Positions 34,493 to 47,745 of a stretch of 64,000 bases of DNA are shown here, piece after piece. Positions within the stretch are counted from its first letter, which is position 1, and each line of letters begins with the position of its first letter. Made by a program: the position numbers and the translations under genes. Location of the stretch: positions 3,162,001-3,226,000 of the forward strand of contig NC_027218.1 in the NCBI RefSeq assembly GCF_000981445.1, in the 5' to 3' direction. A model generated the notes under the pieces. The model made no database searches and was not told where the DNA came from. It worked only from the letters and a program-made list of their open reading frames with translations. The DNA comes from Babesia bigemina (Eukaryota).

Positions 34493-35890
34493 ATGGGCAA
34501 GCGGGGCAGGCACGAGTCGAAATGGTTGAGCGACAGCGAGTTGTGCCAGCAGCCCCCGAGGCGTAGCGAGCCCAGTGGCCGCTCCTGCATGCATCATCGA
34601 TCTCGACACACGAACCGGGATGATTTTATCGCTCTCTCCAGGGTTTTCCCAGTGCTCAAGCAACACCTGGTGGCCAATTCGAAATGGAAATCCTCCATGT
34701 CCAAACACCTGATGTACCACTACGATTTCAGCCATCCTGATGCAGTTTACCATTTGTCAAGGGCGATTTTGAAGATAACATATGGCCTCAACTTCTACCT
34801 GCCGTGTGGATGCCGCAACGGCGCTTGCGACCCCTTTCTTCGCGTTGAGAGCGGCGAGGACGATTGCGACACCTATCTGGACGATTCCGAGTGTATTGAC
34901 GTGCAGCGGTACCTGGCTCCGTGCATTCCTGGCAGGGCTAACTACGTCCACTACGCGGCGGACCTGCTCCACGTCTCCCACAACCTACCGGACCCACCGC
35001 CTGAAGGGACGGATCCCCCATTTCCCGACTCGTCCAATATAAGCTTCGAGGATATTCCCCGGGGCCAGGGTGTGAAAGTTTTGGATGTTGGAACGGGTGC
35101 CAACTGCATATATCCGCTACTCGGTTGCTCCGAGTACGGGTGGAGCTTCATCGCATCAGAAACAAATCTAGAGGCGCTCACCCTCGCGAAGCACAACCTA
35201 AGGCTGAACGGTATGACAGGGATTGTCGATCTGAGGCATCAAAAGGAGCCTCTGAGGATGTTCACGGGCGCTTTGCAGCCGAACGAGTTCGTGCATCTGA
35301 CGATGTGCAACCCTCCGTTCCATGCAAGTCTGGACCAGACTAACATGAACCCACGTGTTAGCACGTGCGGAACCACCAGCGAGCTGACTTTCCAGCACGG
35401 CGACGTAACGACGTTCTCCATTGACGGCGTCGATCTTCATAATCTGCAAAAGGTCAGGTTCGGTGTAACGGGTCAAGTAAACTACACATTTTCCAGCGAC
35501 CCAGCAGAGCAGGGTGAGCTGGCTTTTGTGGAGATAATGCTTGTGGAGAGCCGTTTCTTTGTGCACAATGTGCTGTGGTTCACGTCTCTCGTGGCGAGGC
35601 TGTCCACGCTCAAGCGTATCAAGAGCCACATTCATGCTGACATGCGTCTGTACCACGCATCCAGCAGCAAACAGGTCGCCTTTCTCGACGCGCGAGTCAG
35701 CGACCTGTTGAGGGAGGAGGGTAGCTCTGCAGGCTGCGAAGATACGTTCCACATCCCCGTGAGCAACTTGCACGTGTGCGAGTTGCGGACGTTCACGCTG
35801 AGCCAAGGGCGTCAAACGCGCTGGGTGGTTGCGTGGACTTACTTCAACGCCGAGCAGAGATATAAAATACTTAAGAAGTTGTACAGCTAG
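34493..35890 (+). CDS. METTL16/RlmF-family RNA m6A methyltransferase
   Basis: LAPCIPGRANYVHY, VLDVGTGANCIYPLLG, catalytic MCNPPF, GELAFV, WFTSLV, QGRQTRWVVAWTY. Confidence 0.9.
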   Translation: MGKRGRHESKWLSDSELCQQPPRRSEPSGRSCMHHRSRHTNRDDFIALSRVFPVLKQHLVANSKWKSSMSKHLMYHYDFSHPDAVYHLSRAILKITYGLNFYLPCGCRNGACDPFLRVESGEDDCDTYLDDSECIDVQRYLAPCIPGRANYVHYAADLLHVSHNLPDPPPEGTDPPFPDSSNISFEDIPRGQGVKVLDVGTGANCIYPLLGCSEYGWSFIASETNLEALTLAKHNLRLNGMTGIVDLRHQKEPLRMFTGALQPNEFVHLTMCNPPFHASLDQTNMNPRVSTCGTTSELTFQHGDVTTFSIDGVDLHNLQKVRFGVTGQVNYTFSSDPAEQGELAFVEIMLVESRFFVHNVLWFTSLVARLSTLKRIKSHIHADMRLYHASSSKQVAFLDARVSDLLREEGSSAGCEDTFHIPVSNLHVCELRTFTLSQGRQTRWVVAWTYFNAEQRYKILKKLYS

Positions 35891-35984
35891 TCTAATCTGT
35901 TCTCCCTTACACATTCGCTGGCTTAGTCGCAGGTCGCGGCAGGCGGCCGCCTGTAGAGCGGGCGGTGTTACACATTTAATTCCG

Positions 35985-37200
35985 ATGGCAAAAACTCCAG
36001 CGGCCAAAAAAAAGGCGCCTAAGGCGTCCGAAGGCAAATCGGGGGCGAAGAAGACGAAGAAGGCTGCTGGTAAGTCCGAGAGCGCGGTCCCCGAAGGCGT
36101 GCGTAAGCTGAGGGCGCTGCTCGACCAGGCTTCCAAGAGCGCTCCCGTCGCCAACGCGGCTTCCACGGCTGAACAACTGCCCCCAAGCAGCGAATCTAGC
36201 GCCGCTTCGGCTCCTCAGGGGGAGTCGGCCGGCAAAGCAAAGACCGGGCGCCGTGCCGATGAACCCGGTGCACGTAAGCCGAAAGGAGCGGCTCGTCCCA
36301 TCAAGAAAAAGTCTAAGGGCGGCCCTAAGGAATATGTTGGTATGTCTGCCGTTTCCTCCGTGGCGTCATAAGCTTCAGACCATCCTAATGTCGTTTTCGT
36401 CGGCAACGTGCCGCTTTCGGTTGACAAGTCCGAGCTCATCAAGAGCCTTGGCATCGACCCTAAGATCGTGAAATCCGTGCATTTCAGGTCCCTCCCAGTC
36501 GAGAGCAAGTTCGCGTACAACAAGAGGATCGGCGTGATCCGCGGCAAGCTGAGCGACGCGAAGCCCAGCCAGAATGCGTACGTCACGCTGGTGGACGAGA
36601 AGTACGTAGACGAGCTGGTGGCCAAGAACACCATGGAGCTGCGCGGTCACTACCTGTTCATCAACAAGTCGTCGCCATCGTCGTTCAGCAAATTCAATCG
36701 CAAGAAAACCGTCTTCGTCGGTAGGCTCCCCCCCAACACTACTGAGAACGAGCTCTTCGAGGTGTTCTCAAACGTCAGCCAGGTTCAAGGTGAGAGCGCA
36801 ACTCGAGCCGTTCATCATTCGTAGGCGTTCGAATCATACGCGACCCTGTTACGTCGGAGTCTAAGGTGAGCCTTTGTGCCGGCGGCCATTAACCTCGCTC
36901 AGGGTTTCGGATTCGTCTTATTCGACAGCCGCACTGCCGTACCAGAGGCGGTGGAGGCGTTCAACAACTACTCGTTTAAGGTGTGTAAAGGCTGCGATGG
37001 CCGTGATTTTGGTGCAGGGCTACACGCTGCACGTCACCAAGGCGCTGGATCACGAGGCGGCGTCCGAGCACAAGGCGAAGTCGTCGAAGAAGAAAGCGCC
37101 GGCCGGCAAGAAGGGGGCAAAGCACGCTGGTGCCAATAAGGGCGGCAAACCTGCGCAAAAACGCACGCTGAAGGCCAAGCCTAAGAACAAGCGGCGATGA
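35985..37200 (+). CDS. Nucleolar two-RRM protein (RBM34/NOP12-like), multi-exon
   Basis: Lys-rich termini; RRM1 VFVGNVP...VKSVHFRS...NAYV; RRM2 [23 protein letters not shown]; small introns. Confidence 0.8.
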
Positions 37201-37283
37201 AAATGAGCGGCACGAATTCGTCCGCGGAAATTTCACCACCCGCTGCGACCAACACACTTTTAATTTGCTCAACACACTAAAAG

Positions 37284-40038
37284 ATGGAGCACGAGTCCGA
37301 AGTTGTGCAGCCGTCGTCGCTTTTCGGCGTTTTGGAGACCTGCCTCTCGAAATGCAGGCACGCTCTACAAGACGAGGAGCTCGTGGAGCACTACAAGAAC
37401 CTTTATCAGAGCAACTTGTTCCAGTACAACAAGATCCTTCTTACGCTGCAGCGCTCCGTGGAGGAGACTCAATCCAATGCGGAGCGCATCAACGCTGCCA
37501 TCGTTAACGATGAGGGCATCAAAAATGGGATCCACGTCGAGCTCAACACTCTGCTGTCGAACTGCGAGTCGTCTGAACACCGCGTGGTTGAGCTCGAAGA
37601 GGAGCGTACGAGAGCGCAGGACTTGGGCAACCAACTGTCAGCGCAGGATGAGAAGCTTGCAAGGTCGTTAGAACAAGCGGCGGGCGATTTAAAATCTACG
37701 GAGTTACAGACCGCGCTCGCATACTACGCCCTACTTAAGGTCAAAGAAGCTGTAAGATGATGTGTAAATGGAATCACGCACCCCAGTCACATACCGTTGA
37801 TGGGCGCATAACTGCCGTCGAGAGGAACACGAATAGAACGAAGGCCACCCTGTGCTCCAGGCAAAACACCCACCGCATGATGCTTGCCGACCTTGAGGAC
37901 CATATGTACTTCCACAAATTGGAGTTGCAGCGCATCGTAGGTTCCATGTACACCGGCTGTTCGTAAAAGTTCCAGGCATGCATCCACGGTGAACTAGATG
38001 GTCAACGAACTGCTGCAGAAGCGGAGCATAAGTCCCTCTTGGTGAAGACTGGCGAAACCAAGAGCGTCATTGCTGACCTGATCGACGCCAAATGTAAAGA
38101 CGAAGCCGAGCTTGCGTCCCTTGATGGGGAAATCAAGGATCTTGCGACAAACATTGCGGCCCTGAGGAACGATGTCGAGCATTTGGAGAACGTAACTTTA
38201 CGCATCATTTAACATAATGCTCTGCAGGAAGTCGCTGAGAAAACTGCCCATCTGGTCGACGCTACCGCTTCCAACGAACGAATGAATGCGGCAAAAGTCG
38301 AATTGTCTGGCAGGGTTGGTTTTTGTGCCAACGACAGCAGCACTGTTTCGCCAGGTGTCCGAGGTTGAGGCTGATGTGCAAGCTCTTCAGAGGTAAGCTT
38401 CGCACGCTGTTTTGCTCAACCTCCGCCAGCAACAACGAAGAGCTGCAATCGGCGATTGCGGAGCATAGGCCTCGTATCCAGGAGTTGGAGCATCTGCTGC
38501 AGGCCAAAATGGAAGAGCTGCAGCTGCGTAAACGCGAGCTGGCCGATCATTCGTCTGCCTGCAACATTCTACGGATGCAAGCGGCAGATACTGTGGGTCC
38601 ATGATAGATGTAAAATGTTTACCTGCGCCGCAGGTGACAAATTTCAGCATTAAGTCAAAAGAGTTACTGGATAGGGCGGAGGGTCTGTTCCCATCCGGGT
38701 GGCGGAGTTACGGTAAAAGCGTGGGCTACGGCGAGCTTGAGCAGCTGGTGGGAAACAAAATGTTCTGATTGCTTACACGTTACCAGATCAAATCATTGCT
38801 ACGACAACGGTCTCACCTCGAGTCTCAGCACCATGAGGCGACGAACGAGAGAAAGGAAGCTCACCAAGGTAGGGCCCCTGCATGAACGATCGCCACATCG
38901 CTTCAGAGCTGCAGCGTAAAATGCGCGACAACGAGAATCTTACCAAGGATCTGGATGAGGCGCGGAAATTATGTACGAAGTGCGTTGACACTTCAGCTAA
39001 GTAGTTTTGTAATACCGTCTCAGGGTGAACGAGGATATCGCACGGCTGAAGGAGGAGGTCGATCAGCTGACTTGCAAGGAGGACGGCCGAGGACAGATGC
39101 GATTGGACCTGTTGAAAGAGCATGAGTACATAAAGAAAACGGTTCGTTGACATTCCCATTCAGTGAAAGCATCTACGACAGATCGACGAGCTGAATGCCC
39201 AAGAGGAACAACACAAGGTGGAATACAACAAACAGATAGAAGGTGACTCTACCACATGGATACCACAAAGCAGCTTCAGACCAGATAGAGGCGCAGAAGG
39301 CGCGGCTGAAGCAGCTGAAGAGCGAAGACTGCCCTGAGCTTCTGGAGATAATAGAAGAGGAGGTTGGTGCACGTTAACTTGCGGCACAGCGCAAATAACA
39401 CACAGCGCCGCAACAGCGATATCTTGCTCACTGCCGCGCTCGAGGCCTTGGATCTGGAGCACACAAAGGAGCAATCGAAATTGGAGTCGAAGCACGGCGC
39501 AATGGTTGGAGCGCGTTCATATTTGTCTCACGTTGTTCGCAAGGCGCAAGAAGAGAAGGAAAAGTTCGATGCGATAAGGAAGGTGAACGCCAGCGAGATT
39601 GCGCGACTGAGGGCTGCAATAGAAGCGAAGAAGCAGAAGTCCAAGGAGCACGTTGACGCCTGCGTCACAACACCTACCCCGACAACTCCGATCTCCCGGC
39701 CGACCAAGCTACCTCCCGACGCGACGAAGTCCGTGCAGTGCATAGTTGTTAACAGCGGTTGCAGGATCCCCCAGCCGAAAGATGCAAGCGTGCACTTCAA
39801 GGTGAGCTACAACCCATCAATGCCTGAGTCGAAGCAGACGCCCACCCTGTTATCCACTCCCGGCAGCGTGAAGGACAGTCGAGTTCCCTTCCCGGTTAGC
39901 GCGAGCAGTTCTCAATCGGATCCCATATCTGCACAGGCCATTGTGAAGAAGGAACCGCGGAGGAAGTGTATCCGCCGGGTGCCGGCCGCTAATGGCAACG
40001 GCGACGAACCCAAAGCCGAGCTGGACTTATTTTGCTAA
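37284..40038 (+). CDS. Long coiled-coil protein, many small exons, with a basic S/T-P-rich tail
   Basis: Successive E/K/L/Q-rich heptad ORF pieces separated by GT-AG introns; ends KAELDLFC*. The exon structure is approximate. Confidence 0.6.
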
Positions 40039-40256
40039 TGCTATATGCACATACTATGTATCTTTCACTTCACGTGTAATTGGTGTGCACACCATAATGT
40101 GCCTGGAAATGTCTTTTAATGTAATGTAGGTCGCTGCTCCAGACTCGGTGCCATGGCACTTGCAAGTACACCTAGCTCATGAAGCAACACGGGCTCACGC
40201 TGCCGCTTCTATGGACAAAGGCGCGTGCTTGTAATGCGAGCTCACACGTTTATTAA

Positions 40257-41805
40257 ATGGAGAAGTACAACGTCGGTGTCCAGACCAGGTGTGACTCGGG
40301 CGAGAAGGAGCCCACCTTCGATGATCTCCAGCGTCGCCTGTGCCGACTCAGTAGGTGCCCCAGACCGACCACATAATGCTGCACCAGTAACGGATCGTTG
40401 CGGCAGGAGCAGCGATGAGGTGGATATCCAGCGCATCATGGGGTCCACGCTGTTCTACAGCGAGACGTGAGCCCATCCGGCGCCAGACACATCCCGCCGC
40501 AGCATCGAGATGAAGACGGATTGCACTCCACAAACCACCTACCTGCCCAAAGACCCCGTGACCAGCATGCGTGTCAAAAGCGAATCGACGTACGCAGTCG
40601 CCATGCGCTACGGTGAGGGCAAGGCGAGGGACGCCGGCATCGGGAAAGTATACGTTAGTCGAGTGCCCACTGCAAAAAAGGCTGCAGCTCGTCGACATTG
40701 AGTCCAGGGTACCATCTGTGAAAATGTGCTGTTTGGTAAGCAAAAGTGCCGTCGTTATAATTGCTTGCAGGGTGGCGTGACCAAGCTGGCCTTCGCCAAC
40801 CACGATGGCATGCTCTTCGGGGGCTCGCTGAACGGTTCCATTCACGCATGGGACACTAATTCAATGGTGGAAGTGGAGTCAATTTTACCCAGCAACGATC
40901 AGGGCCACGTTGACCCCATAGTTGCTTTGGAGCTGTTGGACGACGACACGCTGCTTTCTGCTGACGCCGCAGGCCGGGCGTTCACATGGTCGTTGCGGAA
41001 CCTGTCGGAACCGCTATCGAGGCTGCCATGGGAGACCTTACGCGGCACCTCTAGGGTGTCAAAAACGTGCCGCGGCTCAGTGCTTTATTGCGGCACCCTC
41101 GACGGCCACGTGTACGGCTGCTGCGTGTCTGGGGAGCCATCGGAAAGCCACCGTATCCACGACAACATCGTTACTGCAATGGCAACATCCAGTAACGACT
41201 CTACAGGTTCGCAACCGCCACTATCAGCAACAAGCGTTGCAGAACTGCTCGCCACCGGTAGTTTTGACTGCTACCTGAAGGTCTGGGACGCTCAGGTGAG
41301 CCGCCCTAAACCGACGCAGATAATAACCGCAGAACCTCGGAGAACCCCTGCACGAACTGGTGCCGGCGTTTCACGCCATCACCGACCTGTCGTGGTATGT
41401 TCCTGCGGCCACGCCTATATGTCACACCAGGAACCCGGCACTCTCCGAGGTGCTGGCCAGCGTCGACGAGAGTGGCAACGTCTTCACGTGGAGCTTCAGC
41501 ATCAACAATCAGGTAATCCGCCTACACCCGGCCGTGCCTGACCGTTGCCTCTCAGATGCCGGTGTGTATGGCCACGGTGGAAGAAACATGCACCTGCGTT
41601 GAATGGACACCCAGTGGAAGGCTCCTGATTGTCGGCGGGAACGGCGTTACCGTGTTCGAACCCTCGGTGGATGTGAGTGCCCGGTCCATGTGGATAATAC
41701 GGTCTGCAGGTGCTGTCCCCGGACCCCGACGCACCCGAGTCCGCGTTCGTCGCCCTCCGTTCAACACGTTCATTCGCGGGCCCAATGTCCAAGATGCTGT
41801 CTTGA
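40257..41805 (+). CDS. WD40-repeat protein, dynein intermediate chain-like, multi-exon
   Basis: N-terminal KYNVGVQT (LC8-binding-like); WD repeats GSLNGSIHAWD, HVDPIVAL, TWSLRNLSEP, ATGSFDCYLKVWD, LASVDESGNVFTW. Confidence 0.6.
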
Positions 41806-41823
41806 CCTCGTACACACCCAAAG

Positions 41824-42777
41824 ATGCGCCGAAAATTAACGCTCGGCCTCGTTTGGGCGTTGTTCTGGCTCGCTGCTGGGCCCGTGTCTGGCGACGAAAA
41901 CGACATCGCCGCCCCGGTTCCCCCGGAACCAGCACAGCCAGCCCAGAATAACGCACCAACTTTACCCGCTGGCCACGGCGAACACCGTCCACTCGATTCA
42001 GAAGGTACGCCTTTATCCCGGATTGCCCATCAGCTCACACACTGCGCAGGCACCTTCACCGAGTCGCTCAAGGACAACGTGACCAAGGCTACTCCGTGTA
42101 AGTCTTAACGGCAATCGTATGTGCAAATGTTGAGCAGCTGAGCGCCTAGACGAGATGTCTAAGGGTATGTGTGACCTGCTAATCCCCGTTTGACTCCGGG
42201 CAGACGTGATGAAGGAGATGGCAACAAATCCGTACTTCAAGATTCCCAAGTACGATCGCAAAATACGTGAGCTAGCAGTGTTACACCCAAGTACGTTGCC
42301 GCGGCAAGCTTCTGATCTCGCTCAGCCGTCATGGAGAAGCTGGGCGTGTACGTGATTCCTATAAAGCCGTCGTCGTCTAAGGGCGACGCCGACACACAGT
42401 GAGTCTCTAGCCGCCTTTTAACATACAATCTGCTAGTTCCGATGGTGCGAATCCTGCGGAAGGCCAAGAGAACAAGGCGGAAGAGGCAACTTCCTCGTCC
42501 AATGCGCGTATGTGTTACACACATCTCACGGCATTCATCGCCACTGCAGCGATCAAGTCCAACCTTGCGTACATCCTCAAGCAGTCAGGTACGGCGAGTC
42601 CCATTCGTGCGTCACCGGGCGTGTGCAGAGATGATCAAGGCGATGACACCGGAGGAGAAGCTGCAGTTCATTCCTCGTCTGAAGGAGACCATCGTGTACG
42701 AGATCATGAGCAACATGCGCACCATAGAAAATTTGAGCGCGCAGCTCGGCCACGAGTCGACCTTCGGCTCCGCCTAG
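41824..42777 (+). CDS. Signal-peptide hypothetical protein, multi-exon
   Basis: [23 protein letters not shown] signal-like N-terminus; short exons with GT-AG introns; ends ESTFGSA*. Confidence 0.6.
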
Positions 42778-42872
42778 TCGCCTTCGGCGCTGCCGGCACC
42801 ATCGCAAAGCGGGAGTGGCTTCAGCTCCTCCCAACCGCCACTTGTACAAAAAGGCCTAATATTTTAGTGTGC

Positions 42873-44142
42873 ATGTACGTACTTCGTCTGTTCGGCCCGC
42901 TGTTGCGGCAGCATCGCCGCCCTCTTGGATATACCGCCCTTGTGCCCCTGTGCCGTGCTGTAGACGCCGGTGGCCGCCAGTCGCGGCGCCACTTCACAAC
43001 GGACGACACGACCGATCGCTTCAGGCACGTGAGTGAATCGCTGCCGCACCGGCAATCGGCCCATGAGGGACCTGAATACACCGGCCAGTCTACAGGGCAG
43101 TGGTCTGATGAGTCGCCAGGGGCGCCGTCAGCGCCCTCTGAGCGCGGTGAGAAGCCGAAGCTTGACAAAGCCGCCATAAAGAGCATCCCTCTGGAGACAA
43201 TCGAGGACGCAGTGCTAAAGTTTGTGCCGGAGACGATCAGGGAGAGCAGTTTGGGTATGTTGCCGCGTCGACGCATCGCAGCGAGTCTCAGATGACGACT
43301 TCCTGACACCAGGCCAGGCGTTTTACCTGGAGAACCGCGACAAGCTGTTCGACCAGCTGCGTCGGAGGTACTTCGAGGCGACGAGCGAGGGCGGGGGCGA
43401 CCAGGTGACTGACGGCGAGATCGAGAGCATGCTGCCGCTGCTGATGGAGGAAGAGCAGTTCGGCTGCTACGACCCCGAGCCGGTGGTGTCGCCCGGCAAG
43501 CACCACCTCTGGGACTACAACACTTCCGAGGTGTCGGCCCCGAGGTGCGTATTTTCAGTCCTGCACCGATATCATCGCCGCCAGGAGGAACGTGCACCTG
43601 CGCAAGGGGGAGATGCCTACGCTGCAGCAGGTCGTCGAGATCTTGGAGCAGGTGAGTGCCAATGGAGGATGCCCGCATCGCCCGCAGGAACGTATGTCCA
43701 ACGTCGTGGTGGTCGACATGGACAGCTGCAACCGCCGCGATCAGGCGATGTACTGCATTGTGGCCACGGGCATGACGAAGGCCCACTGCAGGTGCGTTCA
43801 CAACTGCCGATGAGCTCACATGGACCCAGACGCGTGGGCAGGCTGATATACCGCGCCATAGTTGACCTGGAGGTGCCGTTCGTATCCCGCACGGCGTACT
43901 GCTGCCACTCGAGGAACGACGAATGGATCGTGGCCAGGCTAGGGCCGCTGTGCGTCCACCTGCTCGTGAAGGAAGTGCGCGAGCGCCAGAGGTAACCGCT
44001 ATTTGTTGCGTCAGCACCGATTCCGTGCAGCATCGAGGACCTGTGGGCGGAATCCCGAGCGGCAGACACCGATCACGTCGCCGGCTCCATCACCGAACCT
44101 GAGAACTCGCCAGCTGACCACACAACACACAAACTAGCTTAA
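42873..44142 (+). CDS. Ribosome silencing factor RsfS/Iojap (MALSU1-like), probably mitochondrial, multi-exon
   Basis: NVVVVDM, YCIVATG...HCRR, DEWIVARLGPLCVHLL, RERQSIEDLW; Arg-rich presequence-like N-terminus. Confidence 0.8.
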
Positions 44143-44146
44143 TTAA

Positions 44147-44308
44147 TTATTTAGGAGGAGTGATTTGTCCCGCTTGAGCTCGGCGCCGCGCCTCTCCGCG
44201 CTCGCCCGGCCGCAGCGCCACGTGCGTCACGTAGAAGCCGGTCGCGACCGCCACGGTGGAACACGCCAGTACGGCGAGGCACTCCTTGAGGGAGACCCCG
44301 AACGGCAT
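44147..44308 (-). CDS. 53-aa single-TM micropeptide, BRAWNIN/UQCC6 (DUF4516)-like
   Basis: Hand translation MPFGVSLKECLAVLACSTVAVATGFYVTHVALRPGERGEARRRAQAGQITPPK*; aaaaATG context; GC3-rich codons; below the ORF-track size cutoff. Confidence 0.7.
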   Translation of the reverse strand: MPFGVSLKECLAVLACSTVAVATGFYVTHVALRPGERGEARRRAQAGQITPPK

Positions 44309-44381
44309 TTTTAGTGACCGCGGCGGCGCGCCATCGCCCGCCCAACGTAGAGCGCTAAGGTTAGAGCATTAGTGGTGTGTT

Positions 44382-44966
44382 TTAGGCGCTGTCCTTGAAG
44401 GAGAAGACCGCGTCCTTGTTGGTGAGCTTCTTGTAGACCGCAGCGAAGGTCTCCAGCTTGTCCTCGATGTTGTCGTTCTGCTTGTCCTTGGGGTCGAGGT
44501 AGACGCGGAGGATGCGGCTGCCGTCGCGCTTCACGCGCATGACCTTGCCGACAATCTCCGTGGGCGCTGCGATATCCTCGAGGATGGCCTCATGGACGCT
44601 GGTGAGTGACCTGTTCCTGGGCCTCATGCGGAACTGCTTGCCAGTGAAGTTCTTGGGGAGGATGTTGCGCTGCGCGATGAGGACGACGTGCTTCTTGGTC
44701 TTCTTCTCGAGCTCGATGAGCAGGCGTCCGTGGACGCGGCGCACGTGGTTCACGTACACACGGTAGGGCACGAAGACGATGACCGCGCTCTTCTTGAGTG
44801 CGCCCACCTCGACCTCCTTGCAGTGCGAGAAGCAGATGTTCTTGATGTCACCCTTGATTTCGCCGGTGCCGCTGGACTCGATGTATACGAGGCACTTGGC
44901 GATTTCCTTGTCGAGGGGAGTGACCTCGTGCTTGCCGACGATCTTGTCGTCGACTGAGCTGCTCAT
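44382..44966 (-). CDS. RPS7: 40S ribosomal protein eS7
   Basis: [60 protein letters not shown]. Confidence 0.96.
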   Translation of the reverse strand: MSSSVDDKIVGKHEVTPLDKEIAKCLVYIESSGTGEIKGDIKNICFSHCKEVEVGALKKSAVIVFVPYRVYVNHVRRVHGRLLIELEKKTKKHVVLIAQRNILPKNFTGKQFRMRPRNRSLTSVHEAILEDIAAPTEIVGKVMRVKRDGSRILRVYLDPKDKQNDNIEDKLETFAAVYKKLTNKDAVFSFKDSA

Positions 44967-45716
44967 TTTGCAGTAAGGGGATTCCACGATTACGGACACG
45001 CGTTCACGGCGTCGGCCCCGGCGATCCAACCGTTCTTCAGTTGCGCTGTGGGCTCTGTAAAAGCAGATTTTCGTTTGCGAAACCTGCGTGGAGGCCGTTG
45101 GCGTAAAAGTTACGATGTGGGCGGCAAAAGGTCCGGGTGGCTGTGGCGATGGGGCGCCCTGGCATCATAAGCGTTCTGAGGTTGGTGAGGGATGAAGCGC
45201 CCCTGCGCGAGCCAATGCACACATCAGACAAATTTTAGACGAGATATCATTTTGGGTGGGCGTGGTGTAGCTTGCAGCGCCGACGGCGGCAACGCCTAGG
45301 TTGTCGCCCTCAGGGCGAGCCTTCGCGGCCATCACCAGCCACCAGAGCTGCAAGGTTCCACGAGTTCCTGACCCTGGACTGCTCGGCCGTATTCAGGTGT
45401 TATGGTGAATGCTATATTCCCTGCTACTGGCGGCTATCGGCCGGACGCAGGTCGGCACAACCGATGTCCCTCCTTTGTCTTCGATGTGAGTCGCTATGCA
45501 CGATCTGTTTCCATATGCGACTCATACTGCCGCTTAGCTGTTCTAAAGTCATGTGCGACCATCACATTGCGCTGGCTGTCTGTTTAATCACCCGCACACC
45601 GCTCCGTGTCGCGGCAGCCTACACATCACGACCGATCCCGACACACAGTCCATATAGACGCCAGTTTGGCGTTTTAGCTAGCCCTTTTAGTGCGGCAATA
45701 GTGCTAATTCGTCACA

Positions 45717-47566
45717 ATGGCGCCGTCTGACGCCGCTTCTCCCGTGAGCGACAGTGACGAGAGGTACATGTCGCCCTGGAGCGACGGTTTCAAGGCATCT
45801 TCCAGCGGCGCCGTGCCGACGTTCAACCTGCACACCACTTCCATCAGCACTCTGTACCAGTCGGATTCGGAGTTTACGACGCATTCTCCGTGCGGGTCAT
45901 TCTCCTCCGAGGCCTGCAGCAGGCCGACTGCGCACGAGTCGTTCGAGAACGAGGCTGTCTTATCGCAAGGGTCCTCCACCAAGCGCGGCGGCGCAACCAT
46001 CGATGCGCGTCTGCTGCGCGTTGAGCACGGCCTCAGGGCCAATGGAGCCCTCAACGGGGTGCTGCGTGAGCTGAGCAGCATCGGCGCCGACTACGCGTCC
46101 AGGCTGCAGGCGCTGGCAGATGGCATGGAAATTGGGTTCGAGGGCGAGTCGCGTGGCATGTCCGCTGCCGTCGGCGCCCTGCGGGCCTACATCGTCAGCC
46201 TGGCCGAGAACCAGCGTGAGTTCGCGGATGCGGTGGCCCACGAATGCACGGTCCCCAACGACACCCCCGACGCCTGCGCCGGCATAAGGGGCGACCTGGA
46301 ACGGGCGCGCAGCAAGTACGACGCGGCCGAGGCCAGCAGGACGTCGCTGGTCGCCGGTGTGGAAAACCTGTACCTGCAAACGAAGTCTGCCGTCAGCATG
46401 TGCTCCGAGGCGTTCCACGAGCCGCCGTCGGTCAAAACGCGTCTGCACGCGGGGCTGATATCGGTGTTTTTGAAGTTCATGCGGTCGAATGGCGAGCTCA
46501 GCCAGTCGCAGGCCGTGAACGCACGCGTGGAGCTCGATGAGGAGACAGCCAGGCTGTCGGAGTCCCTGCGGTCAATCGACGCCGACCGCGTCTGCGGGCT
46601 CCGCGACGGCATCTCCAAGCTGGTGGTGTACGAGACAGCGCGTCTGCGCAACCTGCAGTACGACGTGTGCCACTTGGTCACGGCGCTGAACGACGTGGAC
46701 CCGGAGCGGGAGTGGTCGGAGTTCGAGGCAACGGGGCACCAGGACATGGTCGAAGTCCCGTCCGAATCCAGCCGCTCTCCGACGCACTACGCAACGTACT
46801 TGAAGGCTGAGATCCCGGAGGTGGGCATTATTGCTTGTGTTACGCTAGTGCTAATGGCTTTCAGGTGTTCCGCAACTACGCCGTGTCGCAGCTGGCGCTG
46901 TCTGCACCCAAGGAGCGCGTGCTGCAGCGCATCGAGCGCACTCTCGCGAAGTACATCGACGCGGTCTGGGACGACAAGGCGGACAGCGTGCAGATGGCTG
47001 ACTTTGTGGGCGAGATGCAGTCGTCGCTCGTCCGCCAGGTGTTCTGCAACCTGGTCACCACGCGCTCGCTGCAATGCAACCGCCTGCCATCCATGTGAGT
47101 GTGGACAAATGTTTCCTAATTGTTTTGCAGGGCCGCCTTAAAATTGTTTTCGCGTCTGGTCGGGGCGTTGCTGGCGTTCTCCCGCAAACAGGGCGACGCC
47201 TGGACTGGCTACGCCATCCTCAAGCTGGCCGATTTCGTGCACGTCATCGAGCAGCCAGCGGAGGGCCAGCCGCGGCGCACGTCGCTCCGATGGCTCATCT
47301 ACTCGCACGAGTACTGGAGCCGCATCCCCTTCTGGGAGGAATGCCTGCTGATCGCCATCGCCCAGGATTTCGCCGCGTTGTTCGAGGACGTGCGCCCGGA
47401 CACCGTTTTGAAGCCGTACACGTCCGAGTTGTTGCGCTTCCGGCACTGGATGGCGGCGTTCGGGATTAGTAGTGCGGAATCTTGTGCGCTGATCGAGCGG
47501 GTGTGTGGCCGGCTGGGCCTGCCGGGGTCGTACACCCAGTGCCTCCAGGAGCCCAAAGATTCCTGA
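45717..47566 (+). CDS. BAR/coiled-coil protein with C-terminal SBF2-like domain, 3 exons
   Basis: F-BAR-like helical region (ELSSIGADYASRLQAL, LAENQREFADAV); C-terminal LIYSHEYWSRIPFWEECL; introns at about 46821-46865 and 47095-47130. Confidence 0.55.
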
Positions 47567-47745
47567 CCGTCCCGGTTGAGTCTGGCATAATTTGTTTCCG
47601 TCAAGCTCTGCGCGTGGCTGCCCGGCGGTGGCCTCGTCTCTGCCGACGGATAACAACGCTCTCGAACGGCACGGCGCACCAGAATGGGTGCTCTGTCTAC
47701 AGCTGAGCCACAGGACCGCTGCAGGCGCGAATAATTTAGGTGAAT

